Source: an uncultured Candidatus Saccharibacteria bacterium
GTDB taxonomy: Bacteria; Patescibacteriota; Minisyncoccia; UBA6257; 2-01-FULL-56-20
Length of the DNA stretch: 64,000 nt
Assembly (NCBI GenBank): GCA_964530925.1
Contig: CAZHBZ010000002.1
Coordinates: 3,621-67,620, forward strand
Direction of reading: 5' to 3'
The notes under the pieces: generated by a model
The model's input: the letters and a program-made list of their open reading frames with translations, nothing else
What the model was told of the DNA's origin: nothing
Database searches by the model: none
Shown: positions 1 through 8,849 of the stretch, one piece after another
How positions within the stretch are numbered: position 1 is the first letter of the stretch
Layout of the letters: the number at the start of each line of letters is the position of its first letter
Translations under genes and position numbers: made by a program

Positions 1-980
1 TTATATATGCTCTCTTCCGCCTTCCTCCAATGTATGGCTTCCGGATTAATGTGTGGAACAAAAAGACGCCAATCGTTCAAGTCCTCCTTGGCTAGATACC
101 GTTGAATAACAAGCCAATGGGATTTCGCGGCGACCTCGCTAAATCTCTCCTCGGAAACATCTCCGCGCAACAGCGAAGTAAGGGCCCGAGGGAATTCCGT
201 TTCATACTGGGATATCTCTTTTATTATGGAAGAATAATAAGGAATCTCGTAAAGATAGTGCATGATGAGCATGAACATACGCAGAATTTCTCCGGAAATT
301 CCCAAAAGCGCGGGGATAATAAAAATAATTCCCAGCTCTTTCAGGTGGCTGATGTTGTGCTTTTTCTTGCGCACAAATTCCTGGGCAACCGCGTCCCATT
401 TTGAGCTCAAAGCAATAACCTGGATATCACGCTCTTCGAAATCTTTCGCGGTCAGTTTTTCGTACTGCTTGAAGAAAACCGCGTTCAACCATTCGCTCCC
501 CTCTAAGAATCGCAAAGCCGCGAATATTTCAAAAATGTTTTCTTTTTCCACCATTTCCGCGGCGGATTTATAACCCAAAAAATCTATTACTTTTTGCGGC
601 GGTTCGGCTATTACAAGCTCCTTGGCCTTATCCACCCTTAAAAACAATCCCGTGGGAGGGTCAACAACCTTCCTGGCGATCTGGCCGATATTGTGACAAT
701 CGTCGATGCTTTTACAGCTTGGGCTCCCCAGGGCGTTAAATATTTTGAAGTCGTCCGACTCAATCTTCGAGATGAGCGCGTCGTAGACCTCTTTGGCCGA
801 GGCGTCGCGCCGTACTCCGAGCGCGAGCATCCTGTCTTCAATTAATTTTTCATTTTCCGCGAGAATGTCCTCTAGTACGTTTTTCTTGCCGGTTATCTCC
901 TCGAGATGCGCTATCGTTTTCTCGATAGTGTGTTTGTCGACCCGAAGCATTCTTGCGACTTTTTCGATAGATTTATCCAT
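1..980 (-). CDS. hypothetical protein, partial (N-terminus MDKSIEKVARMLRVDKHTIEK... at 980; C-terminus runs off the window start)
   Basis: Uninterrupted minus-strand reading frame from the ATG at 978-980 to position 1; absent from the ORF track because it has no in-window stop; it starts 1 nt after the PfkB stop; no family motif recognised. Confidence 0.5.
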   Translation of the reverse strand, partial: MDKSIEKVARMLRVDKHTIEKTIAHLEEITGKKNVLEDILAENEKLIEDRMLALGVRRDASAKEVYDALISKIESDDFKIFNALGSPSCKSIDDCHNIGQIARKVVDPPTGLFLRVDKAKELVIAEPPQKVIDFLGYKSAAEMVEKENIFEIFAALRFLEGSEWLNAVFFKQYEKLTAKDFEERDIQVIALSSKWDAVAQEFVRKKKHNISHLKELGIIFIIPALLGISGEILRMFMLIMHYLYEIPYYSSIIKEISQYETEFPRALTSLLRGDVSEERFSEVAAKSHWLVIQRYLAKEDLNDWRLFVPHINPEAIHWRKAEESIY

Positions 981-981
981 T

Positions 982-2028
982 CTAAAGAGATGTTTTAGTG
1001 ATTTTAAGAGAACGCCACCTGGATTGACCTTCAAACTCCCCCCTCTTTAAAAGTCCATCCTGAGCTCCAAACGATTCCACCTTGGAAGTGGCATTCGCGG
1101 ACGCGAGCCTAATCGCGCGCTCAATAGTTTCCGCGGAGAAAGAGGCCACTCCATTTTTGGTTTCGGATTTAGCCTTCATAAGACCGGCGATAAACCCGCT
1201 TCCGAAAGCGTCTCCGGCCCCGGTCCTATCCGCCATCTTTTTTTCTTTATAGATTCCGGCGGAAAATATATTTTCTCCGTCAGAAACAAGAACTCCCCTC
1301 CTGCCATCGGTCATGACCGCTACTCCATCCACAAGTTCGTCTAATTTACGGAATATTTTTTTCTCGTCTTCGTATTTCACCCCGGTGAGATACGAGGCCT
1401 CCTCCCTGTTCATAATGACCACATCCAATCGACTAAGAATCGGCTTCAGTTGTTTCGCCCCGAGCTCGATATAATACCTCGAAGGATTCATCGCTATCCT
1501 GGCCCCTTGGCTTTTTAGGTGAGCGACGAGGAGCGAGATAACAGAAAAAGGAATCCTTCCCGGAACGATATAGGCCCAGCGCGCTTTTAATTTTTTAAAT
1601 GGAACTTCCTGCTTTGAAACCTCCTCCGAAGCTCCGCGATAATTTAAAATTGTTCTCTCCCCCCCCGCGGTTAAAAGCACCACCGAAAAAGCGGTTCCTT
1701 TGTCGGCGGAAAAAAGAGGAACCGCGGTTATTTTTTCCTTTTTAAACTCCGAAAGTATCGCCTCGCCCGCGTCATCTTCGCCAATCTTCACAAGCGCTCC
1801 GGTCTTATATCCCTGTCTCGCAAAAGTGACCGCGGCATTGGCCGCGCCTCCCCCACAAGCGACAACAGGTTCCCCAACTTCTATTTTCCCGCCCAAAGCG
1901 AAACATTCCGCTTCGCCAGTCTTGAATCCGAGTTTTTCCAAATGCTCCGGGTCCCGCAAAACCTTAAAAGCGTCGCTTTTAACGAAAACGTCCCGGGTCG
2001 CCGTGCCAATGGTTAAGATATCGAACAT
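982..2028 (-). CDS. PfkB-family carbohydrate kinase (ribokinase-like)
   Basis: N-terminus MFDILTIGTATRDVF..., anion-hole GG, C-terminal GAGDAF motif typical of the ribokinase/PfkB fold. Confidence 0.85.
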   Translation of the reverse strand: MFDILTIGTATRDVFVKSDAFKVLRDPEHLEKLGFKTGEAECFALGGKIEVGEPVVACGGGAANAAVTFARQGYKTGALVKIGEDDAGEAILSEFKKEKITAVPLFSADKGTAFSVVLLTAGGERTILNYRGASEEVSKQEVPFKKLKARWAYIVPGRIPFSVISLLVAHLKSQGARIAMNPSRYYIELGAKQLKPILSRLDVVIMNREEASYLTGVKYEDEKKIFRKLDELVDGVAVMTDGRRGVLVSDGENIFSAGIYKEKKMADRTGAGDAFGSGFIAGLMKAKSETKNGVASFSAETIERAIRLASANATSKVESFGAQDGLLKRGEFEGQSRWRSLKITKTSL

Positions 2029-2103
2029 TGGATTAAGTATACAAAAAAACCGCCCAATGGAGAACCTGGGGGCGATCTTTCTTCTTTTTTGCGCCTTATA
2101 GCC

Positions 2104-3093
2104 CTACTTCCTTCTCAAAACCTTTTTTACTGCCGCCTTAATATGCTTCGCGGTCATCCCATACTTTTCCAAAAGTTCGGAAGATGAGCCGGATTCCGCA
2201 AAGACATTTTGCAATCCAACAAATTCCATAGGAACCGGATTATGTTTTGCCAAAAGCTCCGCGATTGCTCCTCCGAGTCCTCCGGATATCTGGTGCTCCT
2301 CGACGGCAACGATTGCCCCGTATTTTTTCGCTAATTCCAAAATTTTCTTTTCATCCAGAGGCTTAACGGTGTGGGAATTCAGAACCACAGTTCCAATTTT
2401 TTCTTTTTCGAGCTCCTTCGCGGCGAGAATCGCCTCGTAAAGCAAAGCTCCGCAACCAATTATTGCCACTTGCGGACGCTTGGATTGCCAAAGGACAATG
2501 GCTTTACCGGGAACGAACGGAGTTTCTTCCGTGGTAAAAACCGGAGTCTTCTCCCGCTGGAACCTCAAATATACCGGACCCCAAATCTTTGCCGCGACCA
2601 AAGTCGCCTTGCGGGCCTCAATGGAATCGCAAGGGACGATAACTTTCATGTTGGCCATCACCCTCATGGTCGCGATATCTTCCACCGCTTGGTGGGTCGC
2701 TCCGTCCGGACCCACGGAAATACCCGCGTGATGTCCGGCAATTTTTACATTGGAATCGTTATAAGAAATAGTGGTGCGAATCTGTTCCCAATTTCTGCCC
2801 GGAGAAAAAGTGGCGTAAGAAGAGATGAAAGGAATCTTGCCGGAAGTTCCAAGCCCCGCGGCGATGGTCGCCAGGTTCTGCTCCGCCACGCCAACCTGGA
2901 AAAACCTCTCCGGAAATTTTTTGGCAAAAGCTTCGGCCCGGGTAGATTCCGTAAGGTCGGCCGAAAGCGCGACCACGTTCTTGTTTTCCTCTCCGGCCAA
3001 AACCAACCCGTCGCCATAGCCGTCTCTAGTCGGCTTTTGGAGAACGTCTTTATCGAATATCTTCCCGCTTAATTTTGCCTCCGGATTTAACAT
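2104..3093 (-). CDS. transketolase, C-terminal (pyrimidine-binding) subunit
   Basis: 329 aa with conserved transketolase Pyr/C-terminal domain blocks (FQVGVAEQNL..., GPDGATHQAVEDIA...); lies next to the N-terminal subunit gene. Confidence 0.9.
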   Translation of the reverse strand: MLNPEAKLSGKIFDKDVLQKPTRDGYGDGLVLAGEENKNVVALSADLTESTRAEAFAKKFPERFFQVGVAEQNLATIAAGLGTSGKIPFISSYATFSPGRNWEQIRTTISYNDSNVKIAGHHAGISVGPDGATHQAVEDIATMRVMANMKVIVPCDSIEARKATLVAAKIWGPVYLRFQREKTPVFTTEETPFVPGKAIVLWQSKRPQVAIIGCGALLYEAILAAKELEKEKIGTVVLNSHTVKPLDEKKILELAKKYGAIVAVEEHQISGGLGGAIAELLAKHNPVPMEFVGLQNVFAESGSSSELLEKYGMTAKHIKAAVKKVLRRK

Positions 3094-3097
3094 TTAA

Positions 3098-3589
3098 TTA
3101 TATTTTCTTAGCTTTATACCCTAGAATCAACCTTCGGATTATCAGAATAATTCCCGCTCCAAAGAGAACGAGGCCTATCCATTCTCCGCCAAAAATGTAA
3201 AACAGCATATAAGTCGGATATGGCAGTACGCCAAGGGACGGAGTAAAATATAACGCTGCTCCTAAAAAGAGCAGCAAAACCCCGATTACCAGAGAAGCAT
3301 TACCGGTCTTCACGGTAAGAGAATTGTCGACTGACTCACCAATCCCCTGTTCGGTTTCAAGTTTTTTGAATTTACGTTTCAAGAAAAATCCCGAAACCAC
3401 CAAAAGGACCGAAAGACCCATAAAACTGCCCAAAATCGTATAATAAGCAGCCGGACCACCCGTTTTTGCTCCGAAACCGAGATCCATGGCCCCGGTAAAA
3501 AGAGCGATCACCGGCGCTAGAACCAAGGATATTACAAGCAAACCAAAACCGAGCCACATTAGAAAATTCGCTATTTTTATGTTTTTCAT
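3098..3589 (-). CDS. hypothetical polytopic membrane protein
   Basis: 163 aa, four or five hydrophobic helices, no recognisable motif. Confidence 0.6.
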   Translation of the reverse strand: MKNIKIANFLMWLGFGLLVISLVLAPVIALFTGAMDLGFGAKTGGPAAYYTILGSFMGLSVLLVVSGFFLKRKFKKLETEQGIGESVDNSLTVKTGNASLVIGVLLLFLGAALYFTPSLGVLPYPTYMLFYIFGGEWIGLVLFGAGIILIIRRLILGYKAKKI

Positions 3590-3602
3590 TTTATTTATTA
3601 TT

Positions 3603-3645
3603 CTCTACCTGCTACTCACTACTTACTACCCACTACCTAACTGCG
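3603..3645 (+). repeat. CTAC-repeat element (CTCTACCTGCTACTCACTACTTACTACCCACTACCTAACT) between the tktN stop and the membrane-protein gene start
   Basis: G-free tract on plus (GTAG-rich in minus mRNA sense); same submotifs as the other family members. Confidence 0.5.
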
Positions 3646-3646
3646 C

Positions 3647-4507
3647 CTACTGGTGTTCGCTTTTAATTTTTCCGGCCAGCGTCCGAAGCTCTTTTAGCGC
3701 AATCTTCGCCTCCTCCGGCTTTGGCGGCTTGCCGTGCCAAGTGTAGTCGTTTTCCATAAAATCCACACCCCTCCCCGGAATCGTGTGCGCGATTATCATT
3801 GTGGGTTTTTCATAAATTGCTTTCGCCTCCGCGCAGGCGGAAATTATCTGATGAAAATCGTGTCCGTTAATTTCCAAAACATGCCAGTTAAAAGCCTCGT
3901 ATTTTTTCCGCAGGGGCTCCAGGGGCATAACCGATTCCGTCACGCCATCAATTTGAATGTTATTCCGATCCAAAATGGCCGTGACATTTGAAAGCCTATT
4001 TTTACCGGCGAACATAATGGCCTCCCAAGTATTCCCCTCCTGGTGCTCCCCATCAGACATCAAACAATAGGTGCGATACTTTGCCTTGTCTAATTTTGCC
4101 GCGAGCGCGAACCCAATAGCCTGGGAAAGGCCAGAGCCAAGCGGTCCCGAAGTTGTCTCTACTCCCGGCAACGATCCGCGATGCGGGTGTCCTTGAAGCC
4201 TTGTTCCTAGCTGTCTTAAGGTTTTAAGTTCCGCCGGCGGGAAATATCCGGCCCGGGCAAGCGTTGCGTAAAACACGGGACAAATATGGCCGTTTGAAAG
4301 CACCACCCGGTCCCGCCCATCCCAATTCGGTTTTTTAGGCTCATGATTCAAAATGTGAAAATAAAGGGCGGTAAAAACATCCGCCATTCCCAAAGGTCCA
4401 GCGGAATGCCCGGAGCCGGCAGTCACAAGCATCTTTATAATATCCTCGCGTATCTGCGTGGCTTTCTCTTCCAAAAATTTCAATTTATCGTCGTGAAGCG
4501 CTTCCAT
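3647..4507 (-). CDS. transketolase, N-terminal (TPP-binding) subunit
   Basis: 286 aa with GSGHSAGPLGMAD... and GHPH... TPP-binding motifs of the transketolase N-domain; split-gene arrangement with the C-subunit gene. Confidence 0.9.
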   Translation of the reverse strand: MEALHDDKLKFLEEKATQIREDIIKMLVTAGSGHSAGPLGMADVFTALYFHILNHEPKKPNWDGRDRVVLSNGHICPVFYATLARAGYFPPAELKTLRQLGTRLQGHPHRGSLPGVETTSGPLGSGLSQAIGFALAAKLDKAKYRTYCLMSDGEHQEGNTWEAIMFAGKNRLSNVTAILDRNNIQIDGVTESVMPLEPLRKKYEAFNWHVLEINGHDFHQIISACAEAKAIYEKPTMIIAHTIPGRGVDFMENDYTWHGKPPKPEEAKIALKELRTLAGKIKSEHQ

Positions 4508-4551
4508 GTAGATTGATTATAACATACCCTCGGTAGCTATTTTCACGCGGG

Positions 4552-5208
4552 TTACGCCGCTAACAATTCTTCGTAAGCGATTTTCGGATCTTTAGCCTCA
4601 AAAATAAATGACGCGGAAATAAGTATATTTGCGCCCGCCGCTTTCACGGCCCTCGCGGTTCCCAAATTGATTCCTCCGTCCACCTCAATATTTGCTTTTG
4701 GAAAACTTTCCCGCAGAAATCTTATTTTTTCTAAAACTATCGGCAAAAAAACCTGGTCCGGCAATCCTGGATAGACTGCGAGTATTTGATATTCGGAAAA
4801 TCTTTTAAAATATTCCCGCCCCATTTCAAGCCTCGTTTCCGGAGAAAAGGCGAGCATCATTTCCACGGCATGCTCTTTGCCAAACTTTTCTATCTCTTCC
4901 GCGGCCTCCGAGGAAAGTGTTTCGGCGTGAACGATAATTCGCTCCGCTCCCGCTTCTATCCAATCCATAATTTGCTTTTCCGGTTCTTCGACCATCAAAT
5001 GGACTTCCAGTTTTAATTTGGAGTTCAAAGCTTTCCATTCCTCGGGCGAACCCCAGGTCTTGTTAAACGTAAATCTGCCGTCGGCTATATCCAAATGGAT
5101 CCAGTCGGAAAACCCTTTGGCTACTCGCGCTCTTTCCCGGGCGCATGCCAAGTCTTTGAAGCGGCAGTTAAGAGAAGGTATGACCTCCATTTGTGATAAT
5201 TTTAGCAC
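4552..5208 (-). CDS. rpe: ribulose-phosphate 3-epimerase
   Basis: IHLDIADGRF..., VDGGIN..., (beta/alpha)8 Rpe signature; the track start at 5208 is GTG; an alternative ATG start at 5190 gives MEVIPSL... Confidence 0.85.
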   Translation of the reverse strand: MLKLSQMEVIPSLNCRFKDLACARERARVAKGFSDWIHLDIADGRFTFNKTWGSPEEWKALNSKLKLEVHLMVEEPEKQIMDWIEAGAERIIVHAETLSSEAAEEIEKFGKEHAVEMMLAFSPETRLEMGREYFKRFSEYQILAVYPGLPDQVFLPIVLEKIRFLRESFPKANIEVDGGINLGTARAVKAAGANILISASFIFEAKDPKIAYEELLAA

Positions 5209-5223
5209 ATTGCGGGACTAAAA

Positions 5224-5240
5224 CCCCCGCGAACGCGGGG
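5224..5240 (-). terminator. GC-rich hairpin (CCCCCGC-GAAC-GCGGGG) followed by GUUUUAG in minus sense; putative intrinsic terminator
   Basis: Perfect 6-7 bp GC stem with a 4-nt loop and a U-rich 3' flank on the minus strand; it overlaps the stop of CDS 5247-5579. Confidence 0.4.
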
Positions 5241-5246
5241 TGTGCT

Positions 5247-5579
5247 TCAGTCTGCCGGGATAACCCGATAATCGCCATTGCGATTTTTCAATATTTTTAT
5301 TTTTTCTCCCTCCCTGGCCCCGAGACGGCAGATATTTTTTGCTACGCACATCTTCCCGTCTTCAAAATATATGGCCAAAGCGCAAATCCTTTTCTGTCTT
5401 TTGAAAACCCAGAAATTCGTGGAGTAGCTAAAATGCATATGCATATATTTCTTTAGTTCCCCTTCGGCCACAAGCGAATAATCCGGTTTGCGACGCATAT
5501 ATCTTGCCAAGGAACTGGCTAGAAGTGAAAAGAGCACGAAGACCGGCAACCAAAGCCGATCCCAGGGAACGCTCCTCAT
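5247..5579 (-). CDS. hypothetical protein with N-terminal membrane anchor
   Basis: 110-aa ORF with one N-terminal transmembrane segment; no recognised domain. Confidence 0.5.
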   Translation of the reverse strand: MRSVPWDRLWLPVFVLFSLLASSLARYMRRKPDYSLVAEGELKKYMHMHFSYSTNFWVFKRQKRICALAIYFEDGKMCVAKNICRLGAREGEKIKILKNRNGDYRVIPAD

Positions 5580-5625
5580 TCTCCACCTCCGACGCGAGCT
5601 AATATAAATTATATACTACGCGCTC

Positions 5626-5647
5626 GAAAAAACGCCCGTCCGGGCGT
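5626..5647 (-). terminator. intrinsic terminator downstream of the glutaredoxin-like gene
   Basis: AAAAAACGCCCG-tc-CGGGCGTTTT: GC stem flanked by A- and T-runs (bidirectional); minus sense reads stem then UUUUUU. Confidence 0.6.
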
Positions 5648-5654
5648 TTTCCAA

Positions 5655-5906
5655 TTAAACCTCTTTGAATATCTCGCGCAAACGCTCCCGATGATAGCCC
5701 ACAAGCAATTCGTCTTCTATTTCTATGACCGGCACAACTTTCGCTCCGGATTTTTTTATCATCTCCTCCCTCGCCGCCATATCCCGGGAAACATCTTTTT
5801 CTTCATAGGCCACACCCCTAACGCCAAAGAAAGACTTCGCCATCCGGCAATAAACGCAGGTCGGAGTGGTGTAAAGAGTAATCTTCTTCATAGCTTTATT
5901 ATACAC
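5655..5906 (-). CDS. glutaredoxin/NrdH-like thiol-disulfide oxidoreductase
   Basis: 83 aa, N-terminal CVYC active-site motif in a thioredoxin-fold context (ITLYTTPTCVYCRMAK). Confidence 0.8.
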   Translation of the reverse strand: MYNKAMKKITLYTTPTCVYCRMAKSFFGVRGVAYEEKDVSRDMAAREEMIKKSGAKVVPVIEIEDELLVGYHRERLREIFKEV

Positions 5907-5914
5907 CTCTTGGC

Positions 5915-6151
5915 TCAGGATATTTCAATCGTTTTTTCCTTGGATTTTACGCCAGAGACAAGCCGCACCCGGCCCAACCCTACGCCGAAATGCCGGGCAA
6001 TAGCCTCCAAGACCGCGAAGTTCGCCTTGTTTTCTTTGGCTGGTTCACGCACCCAAACCGCGAAGGTATTGCTCCCCAAGTCTTCAATCTTTTCCTGCTT
6101 CGCTCCAGGTTTAACTTTTACAGTTATCCGCATTTTATTCGGGGCTAACAA
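5915..6151 (-). CDS. DUF167 (YggU-like) family protein
   Basis: 78 aa; VKVKPGAK...E......VWVREPAKENKAN pattern typical of DUF167. Confidence 0.65.
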   Translation of the reverse strand: MLAPNKMRITVKVKPGAKQEKIEDLGSNTFAVWVREPAKENKANFAVLEAIARHFGVGLGRVRLVSGVKSKEKTIEIS

Positions 6152-7382
6152 TAACGGTCACGAACCGCTCGGGTTTAAGATATTTCGCGCGCAGAGCTTC
6201 GGCATCCGCGAGCCTGGACTTCTCTAAATATCTTTTCATCTTCTTGTACACTCCGGGAACATCTTTAAGCGTTTTCCCGGTCATCAGCCGTTCCCAAACA
6301 AAACCCTCCCAAACCCCAAGATCGTTATCATCCTCAAGGCTCACGGCATCCAAAGCTCTCTCCCGCGCGTCCGCGAAAGCCTTCTTATCGGTAAGCGGAA
6401 TATTGATAAGCCTCTTCATGAGCGCTTCAACCTTCGAAACATTTCCTGGCTTCGTTTCCGCGTAAAAATAAATATAACTGCCGAGCCCGGCGGCGGATGA
6501 AACCGACCCGCCAACGGCGTAAGCCAAGCCACGCTTTTCCCGTATCTCCCGATAAAGCCTGGAATTGCCTCCGATCATTAAAAGCCTTCCAAGGAGCGAT
6601 GAAGCCGCGTCATCTTTGTCGGAAATATCAAAAGGAATTTTGGCCGCCATCATAACTATGGCTTTGTTCCTTTTTGGTTTTTTTATCTCCACCCTTTCTG
6701 TCATCGGCGGAAGATCCAACTCCTCATCCCATTTTTCGTGGCGCAATTCCCCCCTCTTCATCGGAAAATTTTTATTGACGATCTTAACCAATTCCGCGTG
6801 CGCCAATTTCCCGGCGGCGAAAACAAGCGTGTTCGCGGGGATGTGCCATTTTCCTTTAAGTTCCAAGAGATCCTTTCGGGAGATATTTTTCATCCCCTCT
6901 TCCGTCCCGACGCCCTCCCTCCGCATTGGGTTGACCCGCCAAAGGGATTCGCGAATGGCCCGATGAGCGAGGTAATAATCCTCGTCATAATTCCTGGCGC
7001 GTTCTAGGAGAACCGCGTTTTTTTCTTTCTGTAATTCTTTCGCCGGATAAGTTGAGTTCAAATATATGTCGCAGAGGAAATCCACAATTAGCGGAAGTTT
7101 CCTCGCGACACCGGTGCCGTAATAGTCCACGGAAAGCCTGGCGGTCGAAGCGTTGGATCCCAGAAAGTTTTTGGCTTTGAATTCGGCAATATCTCTCGCG
7201 CTCCTTTTCTTCGTCCCCTTAAAGGCCATATGTTCGAAAAAGTGGGATAGCCCGGACTTGTCCTCCGGGTCGTACGCGAATCCGGCCATGCAAGTCACGG
7301 TCACATAAACCTTCCTTTCCGTCGGAATGCCCGCCGAGATTATCCTGAGCCCATCTTTGCGAATTGTTTCTTTTAATTCCAT
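6135..7382 (-). CDS. M16-family zinc peptidase (insulinase-like)
   Basis: Inverted zinc-binding motif HFFEHMAFKGT (HxxEH) near the N-terminus; 415 aa with two M16 domains. Confidence 0.85.
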   Translation of the reverse strand: MELKETIRKDGLRIISAGIPTERKVYVTVTCMAGFAYDPEDKSGLSHFFEHMAFKGTKKRSARDIAEFKAKNFLGSNASTARLSVDYYGTGVARKLPLIVDFLCDIYLNSTYPAKELQKEKNAVLLERARNYDEDYYLAHRAIRESLWRVNPMRREGVGTEEGMKNISRKDLLELKGKWHIPANTLVFAAGKLAHAELVKIVNKNFPMKRGELRHEKWDEELDLPPMTERVEIKKPKRNKAIVMMAAKIPFDISDKDDAASSLLGRLLMIGGNSRLYREIREKRGLAYAVGGSVSSAAGLGSYIYFYAETKPGNVSKVEALMKRLINIPLTDKKAFADARERALDAVSLEDDNDLGVWEGFVWERLMTGKTLKDVPGVYKKMKRYLEKSRLADAEALRAKYLKPERFVTVIVSPE

Positions 7383-7451
7383 AGTTTAATTATAACCCAG
7401 ACCAGGACCGCCTGTCTTTTTATAAGAGGCCCAGAAGACTATAATTTTTTT

Positions 7452-8066
7452 ATGAAGAAGTTCCCGGCAAAATACAGAAAGGATTTCGCCGTCTTCGAGA
7501 AACTCATCACTCCCGCGAAAGTCCAGGATTTTATAAACAAGATCCCGATAAATTTTGAACCCCAAGGCGAGACCTGCCGCTCTCCCCTTTCGACCCTCAA
7601 AGCCAAGCGCGCCCATTGCCTCGAAGGGGCGTACCTCGCCGCAGCCGCGCTCTGGTTTCACGGACACGAACCCTTGCTCTTGGATCTCCGAACCGTCCCC
7701 CGAGACAGCGACCATGTTGTCGCCCTGTTTAAAGAATCCGGCCGCTGGGGCGCGATAAGCAAAACCAACCACGCGGTCTTGCGATATCGGGAACCGGTCT
7801 ACGCTTCCGTCCGGGAACTTGCCATGTCCTATTTCCACGAATATTTTTTGGATGATGGCAAAAAAACCATGCGGGATTATTCCGCTCCATTTAGCCTTTT
7901 GAAATATGGAGATAATTGGCTTGTCTCCAAAAAGAATCTTTGGGATATAGGCGCAGACCTGGACGACTCCAGGCATTTCGGGATACTCCCCAAAAACTTA
8001 CGCTTGCGCCCAGCGGACAAAGTAGAAATTGAAGCGGGGAAAATCACGGAGTGGAAAAGGAGATAG
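7452..8066 (+). CDS. hypothetical protein, possibly transglutaminase-like (Cys-His-Asp) fold
   Basis: 204-aa ORF; spacing of Cys (RAHCLEGAYLAAAAL), His (DHVVALF) and a downstream Asp resembles the transglutaminase-like core; a minus-strand ORF at 7386-7976 overlaps it and is judged spurious. Confidence 0.55.
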   Translation: MKKFPAKYRKDFAVFEKLITPAKVQDFINKIPINFEPQGETCRSPLSTLKAKRAHCLEGAYLAAAALWFHGHEPLLLDLRTVPRDSDHVVALFKESGRWGAISKTNHAVLRYREPVYASVRELAMSYFHEYFLDDGKKTMRDYSAPFSLLKYGDNWLVSKKNLWDIGADLDDSRHFGILPKNLRLRPADKVEIEAGKITEWKRR

Positions 8067-8087
8067 ATTTGTCGGGATGGACCCCGG

Positions 8088-8849
8088 CTACATCAAAATT
8101 GTTTTTATAATTTCCAGAATATCGTGCTTGTGATTGTCGGACAAAACACCAAATATCTTCAAAACTTCCAAAAAGACTTTAATGTTGCTTTCTGTGATTT
8201 CGAAATAGGCCACTTCTTTCGCGCTGGCAACTCGCCCAATTAAATTACTTTCCGCCTTAAGTTCCGAAATCGGAAAACACAGATACAGCATTGGCTGAAT
8301 TCCTACCGCATACTGCTTCTCGGTAATTTTTATTTCGGTAACAATCTCATACCCGTTAAATTTATGGATTAAAAGAGGATATTTAACCTGAGTATATTCA
8401 AAATCAAATCCGTTTATATTTTTCGCTATCGGATGACTGCGATCAATTTGCAATTCGGAATTATTGCCAATCAAATTATTACTTGGAATCGAATCAAGAT
8501 AATCAACAACGGCTTCTAAGTCCTCCCCAGAAATAATCCCCCATTTATAAAAGTGCCAAATATATTCAGATAGCTCATAAAGCGCCTTGGTTTTCCCGTT
8601 CGCACCCGTAAATTGCGTATCCGGCAATGACGATTCCGAAAGTTTTTCGGCTTCCGCCTTAACGACGTCATAACCAATCTGCCATTCGACATAATTGCTT
8701 AAAGCAAATCCATCCCTCCTAACCGCAACAGGCGTTCCATATTCATTTAAAATTGAACGGTTCTTAATGCGGATTTTCCCACTAACAGCAGTTAGCAAGA
8801 TTGGGACTTCAATTTTATGCTCTTGTTGTTTAATTAAAATTTTTGGCAT
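8088..8849 (-). CDS. hypothetical protein; candidate restriction endonuclease partner of the adjacent methyltransferase
   Basis: 253 aa, no recognised family; overlaps the MTase gene by 20 nt on the same strand; AT-rich like the MTase gene; possible degenerate nuclease-like patch IDRSHP...FDFEYTQVK. Confidence 0.45.
   Translation of the reverse strand: MPKILIKQQEHKIEVPILLTAVSGKIRIKNRSILNEYGTPVAVRRDGFALSNYVEWQIGYDVVKAEAEKLSESSLPDTQFTGANGKTKALYELSEYIWHFYKWGIISGEDLEAVVDYLDSIPSNNLIGNNSELQIDRSHPIAKNINGFDFEYTQVKYPLLIHKFNGYEIVTEIKITEKQYAVGIQPMLYLCFPISELKAESNLIGRVASAKEVAYFEITESNIKVFLEVLKIFGVLSDNHKHDILEIIKTILM

Noticed and set aside
7440-7445. TATAAT 6 nt upstream of the ATG of CDS 7452-8066
   Set aside because: Too close to the start codon for a conventional -10 unless the mRNA is leaderless; no -35 identified
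7386-7976. 196-aa minus-strand ORF overlapping the CDS at 7452-8066
   Set aside because: Gly/Phe/Arg-rich composition with no motif; the plus-strand ORF has a protein-like composition and a plausible catalytic-triad pattern
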